Below are positions 11,145 to 22,048 of a stretch of DNA of 64,000 bases, piece by piece. The notes below the pieces were generated by a model. The model was not told where the DNA came from. It ran no database searches and worked only from the letters and a program-made list of their open reading frames with translations. The translations under genes and the position numbers were made by a program. Location: positions 114,080,001 to 114,144,000 of the forward strand of contig OX597819.1 in assembly GCA_951406725.2 (NCBI GenBank), written 5' to 3'. Every line of letters begins with the position of its first letter. Positions within the stretch are counted from its first letter, which is position 1. Source of the stretch: Octopus vulgaris (taxonomy: Eukaryota).

Positions 11145-13150
11145 GTAAAACGAACAAAATAATATAAACATCATTTGTAATTATGATGATAGAGATGATT
11201 TGAAAAAAAAAAAAACTGATGATAATGACGCTTTAAATGATTGTGACTGTGATGTTAATGTTATAATATTCATGATTAGAAGCATAACATTCGTGAAAAA
11301 AAGAGAGAGATTGTGTATGGGTGTGTGATTATTATTGTTGATGCTGGTGATAGTGGTGGTAGTGATGGTGGTGGTGGTGGTGGTGGTGGTGACGACGACG
11401 ATGACGGCTGTAGTGATAACAACAGTAATACTGTATTTAATGATAGAGAAGTAGTGTGTGTGTGTGTGAGAGAGAGTATGCAGACGTGATTTTGAAAAGG
11501 AAAAACCGAAAATGAATGAAAAGACGCTAATGACCTCTCTTTCTTTAAAATTTTCTTTCTTTTCCATTCTCAGTCACTCTCTTTATTTCATAATGGATGT
11601 ACCTTGTTTTCCGTATCACTCTTTATCTATCTGCCCGTGTGTTTTGTCTGTTCCTCTTCCTTCTTTGATATTAGGTGTATATTTTTGTTTTGGATGTAAT
11701 CTTTGTTAAGCTTATTTGTTTGCCCTCTCTTTCTCTTTCCCTGCCACACCACTCTCTCTCTATCGCAGCTCTATTTCAGTTTCTCCCCTTTAGCCCATGA
11801 CATTATCTCTCTCTGAATTAGCCCTCCTATCACCTCAAATCTCCATCTCACTTTTCCTTTATATATATGTGACTGTGTGTGTGTGTGTGTATGTGTCTTT
11901 CTGTTCTATAACTCTCTCTTCCCGGTTTCTTTTCCCCTTTTTATCTACCTATCTCTAATCCATTATGTAGCTCTGTTTCGTCCCCTTTCCTTGTGCCTCT
12001 ATGTTTATCTTCCCCCATTCGCTTTTATATAGAAAGAATATCACCAAATGTCTCTTTTTCTCACTTAAATCTGTTAATTAGACTTTCTCTTTCTATAGGT
12101 ATCTTCTATATGCTTCTCTCTCTCTCTCTCCCCTCTCTTTTTCTTTATCTATATATCTAGTAGTCTATCTCTTAGTGTCTCTCAATATTTGTAACTGACT
12201 CATACAATGGCACAACATATCTATGTCTTACTATCTGCCTGTCTGTCTGTCTCTGTGTCTCTTCCTCTTTCTCTCTCTACCCTTCTCTCTCTTTCGCAGT
12301 ATTATCTCTGTTTTATCTCTTTTACCTCTTTCAATATCTTTCCATTCGAATCAATATTTACTATACTACTCCGTCATGTATACATGTTTATATGTAATAT
12401 ATATGTATATATTTTTGTATTTATTTTCATGCGGTATTACACGCGCACGCGCACGCATACGTATACACAGTGTAGGTGTGTGTGTGTATGTATGTGCATG
12501 CGCGTGCGCGCGTGCGTGTGTGTTTGTGTGCAGGCGCGCGCACACGCATCACGCACTCAAAGAAGAAGAAAAAAAAAAAGGTACCCATGCAGAGTTAATA
12601 ACAATTAAGGCTGGTTTTACACCGGTTTACTTCAAGTTTCACGCTACCGCTTTTCGATACGACTAAAAGCTTTATCATAAATTACAAGCAATGCATACTT
12701 TCTTTATATGTTCAAAACAAGAATAGTGAGATGGTAAAATTTAAAATATAACCTTTAAAATATTTTATGCTTATTCAAAAGAAGAAATAAGGGCTGGAAG
12801 AGAGATAAAGGATAAAGAAGAGAAAGGAAAAGAAAAAAGAAGAATGCCGAGCAGGAGTGGCGAGTCATATATATTTCTGCACACAATCAAAGAATTTATA
12901 ACATTCAATTATTTTTCTAATTCTGAGAAAAAGAGAAGTTCATTTACTAACAGCTTTTAGTCTCCTGCAAAATACTTTGAAAAACATAGCTACTAGAATT
13001 TTTGGTGCAAAATGTGGTTTAGAAATGAGAACTTTAAATATTCAGAGAATAGATTATTAACAAGGAACTCTGCCCATCAAAAAGAAAAGATTTTTTAAAA
13101 ATTCCATTCTTTACATTTGACAGATATTTGTCCTCATCTTGTTTGTTGTT

Positions 13151-13196
13151 AACACAACGTTTCGGCTGATATACCCTCCAGCCTTCATCAGGTATC
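13151..13196 (-). ncRNA. Minimal type I hammerhead ribozyme (left arm)
   Basis: GAUAC-CUGAUGA-A-GGCUG-(GAGGGUAUAU)-CAGCC-GAAA-CG-UU-GUGUU: intact core, stem II and stem I. Confidence 0.78.
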
Positions 13197-13243
13197 TTGG
13201 GGAAATTTCGAATCTGGGATCTCATTCTTATGGTATTTTTCGA

Positions 13244-13277
<34 letters not shown>

Positions 13278-13281
<4 letters not shown>

Positions 13282-13350
13282 TCACTGCTTGGAATCGAAC
13301 TCGGAATCTGGGGGTTAGTAGCCCGCGCTCTTAACCACTACGCCATATGC
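13278..13350 (-). promoter_or_regulatory. tRNA-derived Pol III head (A box and B box) of the hammerhead element
   Basis: A box TGGCGTAGTGG (13335-13345) and B box GTTCGATTCC (13291-13300), followed by (AAT)n. Confidence 0.75.
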
Positions 13351-13440
13351 TTGTGGGCATATGGTTTAGTGGGCAAAAGTACGGGCTACTAACCAGAATA
13401 ATACCTTAGGAATGAGAACCCAGGTTCGAAATTTCCCCAA

Positions 13441-13486
13441 GACACCTGATGAAGGCTGGAGGGTGTATCAGCCGAAACGTTGTGTT
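13441..13486 (+). ncRNA. Minimal type I hammerhead ribozyme (right arm)
   Basis: GACAC-CUGAUGA-A-GGCUG-(GAGGGUGUAU)-CAGCC-GAAA-CG-UU-GUGUU, with palindromic AACGUU at stem III as in Penelope minimal hammerheads. Confidence 0.8.
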
Positions 13487-14565
13487 TAACAACAAACAAG
13501 ATGAGGACAAATATCTGTCAAATGTAAATGATGTACATAATTCCTCATCTCTTAAATATAGAACAAAAAAAAATTTCATCTATAAAACTGCAGTATATTT
13601 AGCTCGTAGATATACTTTCAAAGAATAAACTTGTTTTGGTAACGACATGTCAAAATTAATTTGTTCCTAAAATTTCAACAAGTTCAGGTGGGGTTTAAAA
13701 ACGAGATTTTTTTGCATGTACATAAACACGATCCAAATTTTCCAGAATGTGGTTTGTAAAATCCTATCATGGAATACAGTCCTTAAACTTGTGGTATCTT
13801 CTAGTCTCAAGATGTGCTTCCAAAAGCGGTTGATGTTTCTTTCCTTTGGGTGTCTAAAAAGCATATATGCTGTGCGTACTTGCTTTTAAAGATGTGTTCT
13901 GTTAAGCATAAGTTATTTTAATTTTAGCCATCAAATGAGCATGAATTGATGTTGCATCAGTACTGGTTAAATTACGAAAGGCTACTATTGTACTTTTTCT
14001 GTTGATGCCGGAAATAAAATTCTTGTTGTTAGTATTACCGTTGTTTTGTGACTAATTGAGATGTACCGCTTCAAAAGGCTGGAGAAAGTTTTGGCAATAC
14101 TGGACGCCACACTTAGACTGTACGGAGGATTAAACCAGATTATGTTACGCTCGAACAGTGTTTTCTTTTTCTACTTTAAGAGGTGTTACACGGTAATGTT
14201 CATTGTATTTCTGAGTGGCAACCACTCTCTTTCATGGTTTTATTATAGTTGGATACTACTCAATTAAAACGTCTTCATCTGATGAAATGCGTTGTCTCAC
14301 AATTGGAAAATCAACTCTCAATTGGCAAGTGACTACTGTACAGTATTTTCATGTTATTATTTATCCACTGATCGGCTGGTTTTCCAGGATATACGTCTCT
14401 ACCTCATCAACCGTTAAATATTTTGTTAGATTCTGAATTTTAGAATTTCAGTATTTATAACTGTCATTTTTTTGAACAAATATATAAAGCCTGTAATATA
14501 TAAACCAAAACTTATTAGTCGTAGTGAAGAGCGGTAACGCGCAACTCGGCATTTACATACACTCA

Positions 14566-14596
<31 letters not shown>

Positions 14597-14869
14597 AACA
14601 TACGAGTAAGTGCATAGTTGGGAGAAAGTAGCATTCAACACATTTGGTTGGAGCTATATGTATTCAATAAAAGTTAGGACTCAGCTCCATGTTATTTACA
14701 AGATTCGTGAATGTGTCCTACGCGTTCATGAAACTTTAAGTAATGCGGAGCTTAGTCAAACTATTATTACATACGTACATATCCACCTTCATCGTAGCCT
14801 TCACTTGGACTGCCGGCATCCACCCACCCTCCACCCGGCAGAATATCGCTGATGTGATAGCTAGAGAGA

Positions 14870-15025
14870 GAAAAGGCTGAATCGACATTCTGCTTGATAC
14901 TCATTTCCAGCTGAGGTAGAGTGAAGCAGCATAAAATGAAACACTCCGCTCAAGGATACAATGAGCGTCGGTCCATCAATCGAACCCACGACCTTATATG
15001 AGCTGAACCCATTAACCACTAGGCT
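14870..15025 (-). mobile_element. Old tRNA/CORE-type SINE remnant
   Basis: ATCGAACCCACGACC (reverse B box), GCTCAAGGATACAA, GATACTCATTT. Confidence 0.5.
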
Positions 15026-15026
<1 letters not shown>

Positions 15027-15098
<72 letters not shown>

Positions 15099-15108
15099 CA
15101 TCTATCCG

Positions 15109-15200
<92 letters not shown>
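15027..15200. repeat. (TATC)n microsatellite
   Basis: Direct reading. Confidence 0.95.
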
Positions 15201-16684
15201 CCTACCTCTGTGTTTGTGTGTAATATAGTGTGATGTAAGAATGAGACGAACATACATTGTCATATCACGTTCAGTTTGAATGTCGTAATTCTTTTCCACT
15301 AATAACCCTTTGGCGATGATTATTCAGTTTGTTTTTGTTTTGATCGCCTTTCGTTTTTCAACACATCCCTCATTAACTAGGTCAGGTCATCCACAATACA
15401 CCGTTCTAGCTACCCTTGCGTATCTCTATTTTTCTGTCCATCTTCATGTGTCACTATCTATTTATCTATCTATCTATCTATTTATCTATCTATCTATCGA
15501 TTTATCGATCGATCGATCGATCATTCGGCTATCTGTTTGCCTTACTATTTGTGCACCTATCTATACGCTCATCTGTTAATGTCTATTTATCATGTATATA
15601 ATTGCATTAGATTCTCAATCCCCGCCTCTCTCTCCCTCTCTATAAATGTGTTAATACATCTCCATCATTTACCTTTCTAATTTCATTTATTAGCATCTTT
15701 CGCTCTCTTCCTTCTTACTTTTTCTCTTTCTGCTGGAACCCACCTTTTCACATTTTCTGTTCCTCGTTTCTCATTTTTACTCTATCTGTCTTTCTATCTC
15801 ATTTTCCTTTTGTATCTTCTCTTTCTTTTTGTCTTCTCATTTTAATACTCTTTCCCCCCTCCTTTCTCTCTCACTTTGTGCTTTTTTACTTTCTATCCCT
15901 TCTCCCCCCTTCTCTCTGACATATCCCCATCTCTCTTATTGCCTCTATCTGTCATTCTAACTGTATTCTATCATTTCCTCTCGTCATCTCTCGCTTTTCC
16001 TGTCAATTCCCAGCCAGCTTTTCGTTCAGATTTCTAGATCCTGTCATTCTTAATTACCTTGTTCTTTCCTCCCTCTCTCTTCCCCTTCTGACGCAGTATA
16101 TATATATATATATATATATATACCTCTCTATATACCCCTTGTTTGTAGTCAACAGTTTTCCCTCACCATCTCCATCCTAATTTTTCCCTCATCTTTATTC
16201 CCACACACAGCATACACTTTGAACAGGACATCCAGGTGTTCGATTTCCCTTAGCTTCTGTCTTACCGTGTCTTCCGTCATCCCCGTCTCTTTCTGTCAGA
16301 ATGTAATGGTCTTGTTGACCTTGTGGTGGTGGTGGTTTTTGTGGTGGTGTAGGTGATAGTCTGATTGTGATTGAAGTGGTTTCGTTGTGGTGATTGTCGT
16401 CGTCGTAGTAGCAGTAGTAGTGAGAGTTCTGCCGATGTGATTGAAGTAGTGTAATTAATTGTGGTGGTGGTGGTGTTAGTGTTCTGTTTTGTAGTTCTGA
16501 TTATGGTATCTGTAGTAGTAGTAGTAGTAGTGATGGTATAGTCCTGTCGTTGTGACTATAGTGGTGTAATTGAAACGGCTGGGTTGTGGTTGTGGTGATG
16601 CTGTAGTTATGGTCGTGGTGGTGTGTAGCTATGCTGGTGGTGGTGGTCTCTTTTGCGTGATAGTAGTTATATCGACGAGCTTAT

Positions 16685-16885
16685 GTTGTATTTAGCCTCA
16701 GGTCAGCTCTGATCAAACAGATCCTGACCAAAGGTAATTCTAGTTGCGTTCGTTCCGTTTTTTTTATCTCCCCCCAAAGCATAGCGCACTTAGGACCGCA
16801 TCATTTAATGTGTCCTTAGCATTTGATTCGAGGGAGATTAGGCTGTTATTTGTAGCAGATCGTGCGACCGCATAGATTCCCCCCC
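16685..16885 (+). mobile_element. Old dispersed repeat family D (...TGATCAAAGGCATTCCAG...GGGTGTGATTTGAGGGAGATTTGGCTGCTATTTCTAGC...), representative copy
   Basis: Related copies at ~17270, 21085, 21360, 25510, 26445, 26680 and 34300, and in reverse at ~34510, 36420, 46200 and 53980. The class was not determined. Confidence 0.65.
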
Positions 16886-17036
16886 CCACCTCTCTGTGGT
16901 GGTTGTGGTGGGGATGAAGTTGTACTACCATTGATCAGTTTAGTTACTGTGATAGTATTACTGTAGCTGTTACTGCTAAATGAATTGTTATTAATAGTAT
17001 AGGTATGATTTTCATCAGCATTGTTGTTATCTATAT

Positions 17037-17039
<3 letters not shown>

Positions 17040-17098
<59 letters not shown>

Positions 17099-17250
17099 GG
17101 TGGTGGTGGTAGTGGTGGTGGTGGTAGTAGTAGTAGTAATAATAGTAGTAGTAGTAGTAGTAGTAGTAATAGTAGTAGTAGTAGTAGTAGTGGTAATGGT
17201 GGTGGTAGTAGTAGTTGTAGTAGTAATAGTAGTAGTAGTAGTAGTAGTCG
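17040..17250. repeat. Long (TAG/TGG)n trinucleotide array
   Basis: Direct reading. Confidence 0.95.
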
Positions 17251-17845
17251 TTGTTGTTAACTCCACATCAATACTGGTCTAAAAGGCATTCCAGCTGTGA
17301 CCTTCCTGTATGTTTTTTTTTTTAAAGATGTATTAAGGATTACATTATCTAATGTATGTCCTTCCTTTTTGAGAGGGACGGATGTGATTTGGGGGAAGAG
17401 TTGGCCTCTGTGTCTAGCAGGTCGAGACATCACACAGTGTCACTCGTTTGCCGCTTTAGATATTGATGATGATGATGATGATGATTAACAGTGGTGGTGA
17501 AGATATTGTGGGCGTTGCAGGTGCTCTTGTTGTTGTGGTTGTTGCTGTTGTGGTTAGCAAGCTTTCTTTATCGATACCTTGCATATGGTCATATAGACAA
17601 ACATATACATACAGCTGCAATACGGCATAGCCACCATACAACACTGTTCACACGTTAAGTCAGCTTCGGGAATTAAAAACAGGAATTTGTATTAAACACA
17701 TATTTACGAACACAGTAACAGTGTGAACATGAGTTTGCATGTATGCATGTGCGTCTGTGAACGTGTCTTTAGCCTTTCTATGCATTGTATATAGATTAGA
17801 AGTACATACATACATTCATACATACGCATAAACATATATATATTG

Positions 17846-18070
17846 ATACTGGAAAATTTCCCGTGGTTGCCTTCTGTATAAAGAATATATAGTTATATGT
17901 ATGCTACAATTCTTAATGTAGTGAGCCCAAAATAATTTTTAAACAAATGAAATCATAACCATAATTAGAATATTAGTCATTAGTTTTAATGAAAATTACT
18001 TTCAAATGGGATCAAGGGAGAGAACTCCCAAACTTCCAGTTGAGCAAAGATTAAATGGAGATATGTATGC
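17846..18070. repeat. Diverged ~220-bp direct repeat, copy 1 (possibly a Helitron-like non-autonomous element)
   Basis: Shares ACTGGAAA, ATAACCATA, AGTCATTAGT, GAAAATTACT and AAGGGAGAGAACT in the same order with copy 2. Confidence 0.65.
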
Positions 18071-18244
18071 GGTTTGTTAGTCTGGTCTTATGATCACAAT
18101 ATATCAGTATGTGCAACAGAAGCAATGTTAGAATAAATGGTAGTATGTGTATCATAATGTGTATCACAGACAATTAAATTAACTGTGGTTGAATAACTTA
18201 TAAATAGATCAGTAGCAGATAAAAATTGTCCAGTAGTGGTGTTG

Positions 18245-18375
18245 GGAATGCTAGATTTGTATTTCTGCATTTGGTGGGGCTTTATCAGCAGTATGCACAC
18301 TCACTGGCAACTGCTAGTGGGTATATGCTACTGATGAAGCCACGAAACGCAGAAATGCACTTAATTTAGCTTTCC
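18245..18375. repeat. Imperfect palindrome with a decayed hammerhead-like core in each arm
   Basis: Centre ~18310. The plus arm reads TGCTA-CTGATGA-AGC...GCA-GAAAT...ATT-TAGC; the minus arm reads TACTG-CTGATAA-AGC...GCA-GAAAT-ACAA-ATC-TAGCA. Confidence 0.6.
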
Positions 18376-18525
18376 ATGACGTATCTGCACTATGATACAC
18401 AGACTATTATATATTTCAGCTTTATTAGAGCTTCTCATCAAAGCTGCCGCCAAAACTTCTGAATGACTATAAAATATAGTTTTTGATGTGTTAATCATTC
18501 ACTGATGAGGCAATTAAATATAATG

Positions 18526-18760
18526 ACACTGGAAATTTTTCTGAAGCTTTCCTTCAGTATATAAAACGTATAATTACATGCATGTTAACATACTTAATAT
18601 GGTGAAGTGAAAAGATTTTTTTTTAACTGATTGGAGTTATAACCATACTGAGAAGAAAAGTCATTAGTGTTAAAGAAAATTACTCTGAAAAGGGGAAAGG
18701 GAGAGAACTTCCACTGTTTCAACTGAAAACCAATTTAATGGTAATATACTGGAGTGCGGA
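18526..18760. repeat. Diverged ~220-bp direct repeat, copy 2
   Basis: Collinear motifs shared with copy 1 at 17846. Confidence 0.65.
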
Positions 18761-19043
18761 GGCTCTCAATGTTTTACTGGAAGGCCTAATGTAACCAAAA
18801 CCATTTCTAGCAAGGATCAAACTCAGCCTAATATTCTGCATACCTCCAGATATATTTTTTGGCTAATTGAAATAAAAAGAGTTTTCCCCTTGACTTTTGG
18901 GAGTAATTTTAATTAATACTGATGTTTTCTTTTTTCTCATTACTGTTATAATAAATGTAATCACCATCTTCATCATCATCATCACCATCATTATCATTCA
19001 ACATCCATACTGGCATGTGTTGAATGGTTTGACAGGAGCTGGA

Positions 19044-19082
<39 letters not shown>

Positions 19083-19127
19083 TTGTTTTCATCCCAGACA
19101 GAGATGAGAACTAACATCCCATGTGGC

Positions 19128-19177
19128 AGGCTTGATAATTGATGCGATTTCTCTCTGCATGAAACCAACGGTAGCCT
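19128..19177 (+). ncRNA. Candidate type I hammerhead ribozyme with U3-A8 core variant
   Basis: AGGC-UUGAUAA-(UUG)-AUGC...GCAU-GAAA-CC-AAC-GG-UA-GCCU: all three stems pair, with a 3-nt insertion before stem II. Confidence 0.5.
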
Positions 19178-19965
19178 TGTTAACCTCCAAATAAAGAATA
19201 TTTATCCACCAATATAGCGCTGAGCACTCATTCTCACAGTTTGATATTAGCATGTGTGTGTGTATATATATATGAAACGTGGAGTAGATGAAACAGAGGC
19301 GACTGTATTGTATGTCCTATACTCTATTTTTTCGTTGTTTAAGAAAAATGTCCATTTCCTTGGTTTTGTGTTTATGTTTTCGTTTCTCATTGTGTTCAAC
19401 GTTTTTTTGGTGTCCTGTACCCATATATGCATGTATATATACATGTAGAGGTAGGTATGTACATATATGTATGTATATATGCATATGTTTTATTTTATTT
19501 ATTAATTTATATATATATATACATGACATGATGGACTGTGATAAGCATGTTTATACTATGATAAAATTGAACCCCAAACATGATACTAGAAAGAGTTCTC
19601 ACTACATTAATACATTTGTCTTTGTTTGGTTAAGAAAACAACAAAAACTGTTAAATGAGCATATGATAATAGATCATGATAAATGAATAATAGAACAAGT
19701 TGGGGTCTCAAGATGAGACCCCAAGTTGGTCTCCTAACATTCCCAAATAATACTGCTAAACAGTTTTTAAACACACATAATGATATTGCTTCATGTTTGG
19801 AAAAATATTTAGAGTAAAATTTAATAGTTTTTGATCAGTAAATAATAAAATAGTAAAAAATATCATAAGCCGAATCTTTGACTGATTGCCAACTTGTGTT
19901 ATCACAGATCAATTTAGGACAAGCATAGCATGGTTTACAATCAAGTGTACTGTGTTATCCTGGGT

Positions 19966-20135
19966 CAGTGATAAACGAGGATAGATATAACGTTAATACA
20001 GTGATAAACGAGGATAGGTATAATGTTAATACAGTGATAAACGAGGATAGATACAATGTTAATACAGTGATAAACGAGGATAGATAGAATGTTAATACAG
20101 TGATAAATGAGGATAGATATAATGTTAATACAGTG
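19966..20135. repeat. 33-bp minisatellite, ~5 copies
   Basis: Unit CAGTGATAAACGAGGATAGATATAA(C/T)GTTAATA. Confidence 0.92.
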
Positions 20136-20379
20136 AATAAATTTGCTATGAGGAGTGAAAACATAATCCAATATTTTGGACATGTTTTTTTCTTTGGCAA
20201 GAAAGTAAGTATAAAGAGGCTTATGCCATGCTTACTAAACAATTATTTGTTAGTAATCTCAGCATTAGTTTCTATAATTTTTTCTTTCTAAAGAAACATC
20301 CAAAACATTAGATTTTTCTCTAACTATAGCAAATTAATTTACTGAAAATTATTATTATTATTATTATTATTATTATGAT

Positions 20380-20507
20380 GTTCCACCGAAGTCGACATTG
20401 CCTTTCATCCTTTCAGGGTCGATAAATTAAGTACCAATTGAACACTGGCGTCGATGTAATCGACTCATCCCCACCTCCCTCAAGCTGCCCTTGTGGCAAA
20501 AATTTGA

Positions 20508-20510
<3 letters not shown>
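20380..20510 (+). mobile_element. SINE family B, 5'-truncated
   Basis: GCCTTTCATCCTTTCAGGGTCGATAAATTAAGTACC core followed by (AAT)n. Confidence 0.8.
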
Positions 20511-20540
<30 letters not shown>

Positions 20541-20561
20541 TATTATTATTATTATTATTAT

Positions 20562-20932
20562 TGAGTGAGAGAGCAGTGCATGCCATCAGAGTGACACTGG
20601 GGTAAAATATATGAAGCCCAGTATACCCATCATGACTACCCGTTTGATAAGGGTACACCAGGCACATGCATCACAACCATATGTGTGCGACATGGTGATC
20701 TCATATCATGATAAAGAGCGCATGACCTTGCAGGTGGGGCCCAGTTAAAATTTTCTTCTGGTCGAGTAGCCCATCCTGCTCAAAAGGTCCCTGAATAATC
20801 TGTGGTATTGAGCAGAATATTTGCTGTAGCCCATCTTTTATACCAAGACAAAACAATGTACATGATAACACTTCCAATCAGTTAAGATCAAAAGCCATGA
20901 GAGCCACTGCCTGGTACTGCATCAGGGCGTTA
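20562..20932. mobile_element. Unclassified ~370-bp element embedded in (TTA)n
   Basis: Non-simple sequence sharply bounded by (TTA)n on both sides. Confidence 0.5.
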
Positions 20933-21499
20933 ACTATTATTATTATTATTATTATTATCATTATTATTATTATTAATATTATTATTATTATTATTATTAT
21001 GAATGAATTTCAAGGGATTGACTTTTGCTGACACAGAATCTCCATTTTCTTTGAATTCCTGATCTCATCTCATTGTTAATATTGTTTGGTTTACCCAGAT
21101 CAGCCCTGGTCAAGCAGGCCTGTAATGGAAAGCATTCAAGTCATGATTTTTACGTCTTTTTTCGAGCATTGTGTACTCCAGATTTCATAAACCAATGTGT
21201 TCTTCGTTTTTCAAAACAGTAAGGTGTGATTCAAGGGAACATGTGGCTGTTATTTCTATAATTGAAGCAGCCATATAAAGCTCCTTTACTGGTAGTGACT
21301 CACATCATCCTTTGGGTTGTCTGGGGACCACCTTGGATACTTGGTCTTTATGAAGTGTTGTTGTATAGGTCAATCCTGATCAAATAGATCTGTGATCAAA
21401 GGCATTCTTGTCTTGATCATCCTGTTTTGTAGGGATATCTAGGACTGTACTATTCAATAAGTGCTTTCATTATTTTTTTTTAAGATAATAGGGTGTGAT

Positions 21500-21728
21500 T
21501 TAACCCTTTCATTACTGTATTTATTTTGAGATGCTCTGTTTCTTTCAATTAATTTTAAATATAACAAAGAATTCAGTAAAATGATTTAGTTATCATTAAG
21601 CTAGAGTTAGGAACATAAATTGTGACTAAGGTTTGGTGGAAGATTTTGATTCAAAACTTATGAAACCAAGATATTTGTACTCAGAGCCAGAATTGGTTTC
21701 AGCAAGGTTGGGGTAACAAAAGGGTTAA
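21500..21728. mobile_element. piggyBac-like MITE (TTAA TSD, CCCTT termini), copy 1
   Basis: TTAACCCTTTC...AAAGGGTTAA. Confidence 0.85.
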
Positions 21729-21744
21729 AAATATCATGGTGACT

Positions 21745-21970
21745 TTAACCCTTTTGTTACCATATTTCTGTTGAGGTGCTCTGTGTTTCTTTCAACTAAT
21801 TTTAAATATAACAAAGAATTTAGTAAAATAACTTTGTTATATCATTAAGCTGGTGTTAGGAACATAAATTGTGACTAAGGTTTGGTGGAAGATTTTCATT
21901 CAAAACTTATGAAAACAAGACATTTGTACTACAGAGCCGGTTTCAGCCAGGTTGGTAACGAAAGGGTTAA
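21745..21970. mobile_element. piggyBac-like MITE, copy 2, adjacent to copy 1
   Basis: TTAACCCTTTTGTTACC...GGTAACGAAAGGGTTAA; internal sequence very similar to copy 1. Confidence 0.88.
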
Positions 21971-22048
21971 AGAAGATTTGGCTGCTATTTGTAGCATATT
22001 GAATGATTGTGTAATGGCTTCCTCATTAGCTCTTCTTTATATAATGTA

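Larger units (their letters stand above)
13110..13564. mobile_element. Head-to-head palindromic element: tRNA-like head + hammerhead-bearing Penelope-like tail in each arm
   Basis: Arms mirror about 13353 (CCATATGC-ttgtgg-GCATATGG). The ~125-bp tails 13110-13236 and 13400-13528 are near-perfect inverted repeats. Confidence 0.85.

Noticed and set aside
11145-11167. ORF-track extension GKTNKII-stop of the K2P ORF
   Set aside because: Read-through past the splice donor into the intron
13278-13350. Functional tRNA gene
   Set aside because: Has A and B boxes but a poor acceptor stem, and is embedded in a repeat; treated as a SINE head
14279-14300. CTGATGA hammerhead half-core
   Set aside because: No stem II followed by GAAA; expected by chance
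19966-20135. CRISPR-like array
   Set aside because: Head-to-tail 33-bp units without unique spacers, in a eukaryotic context with no cas genes
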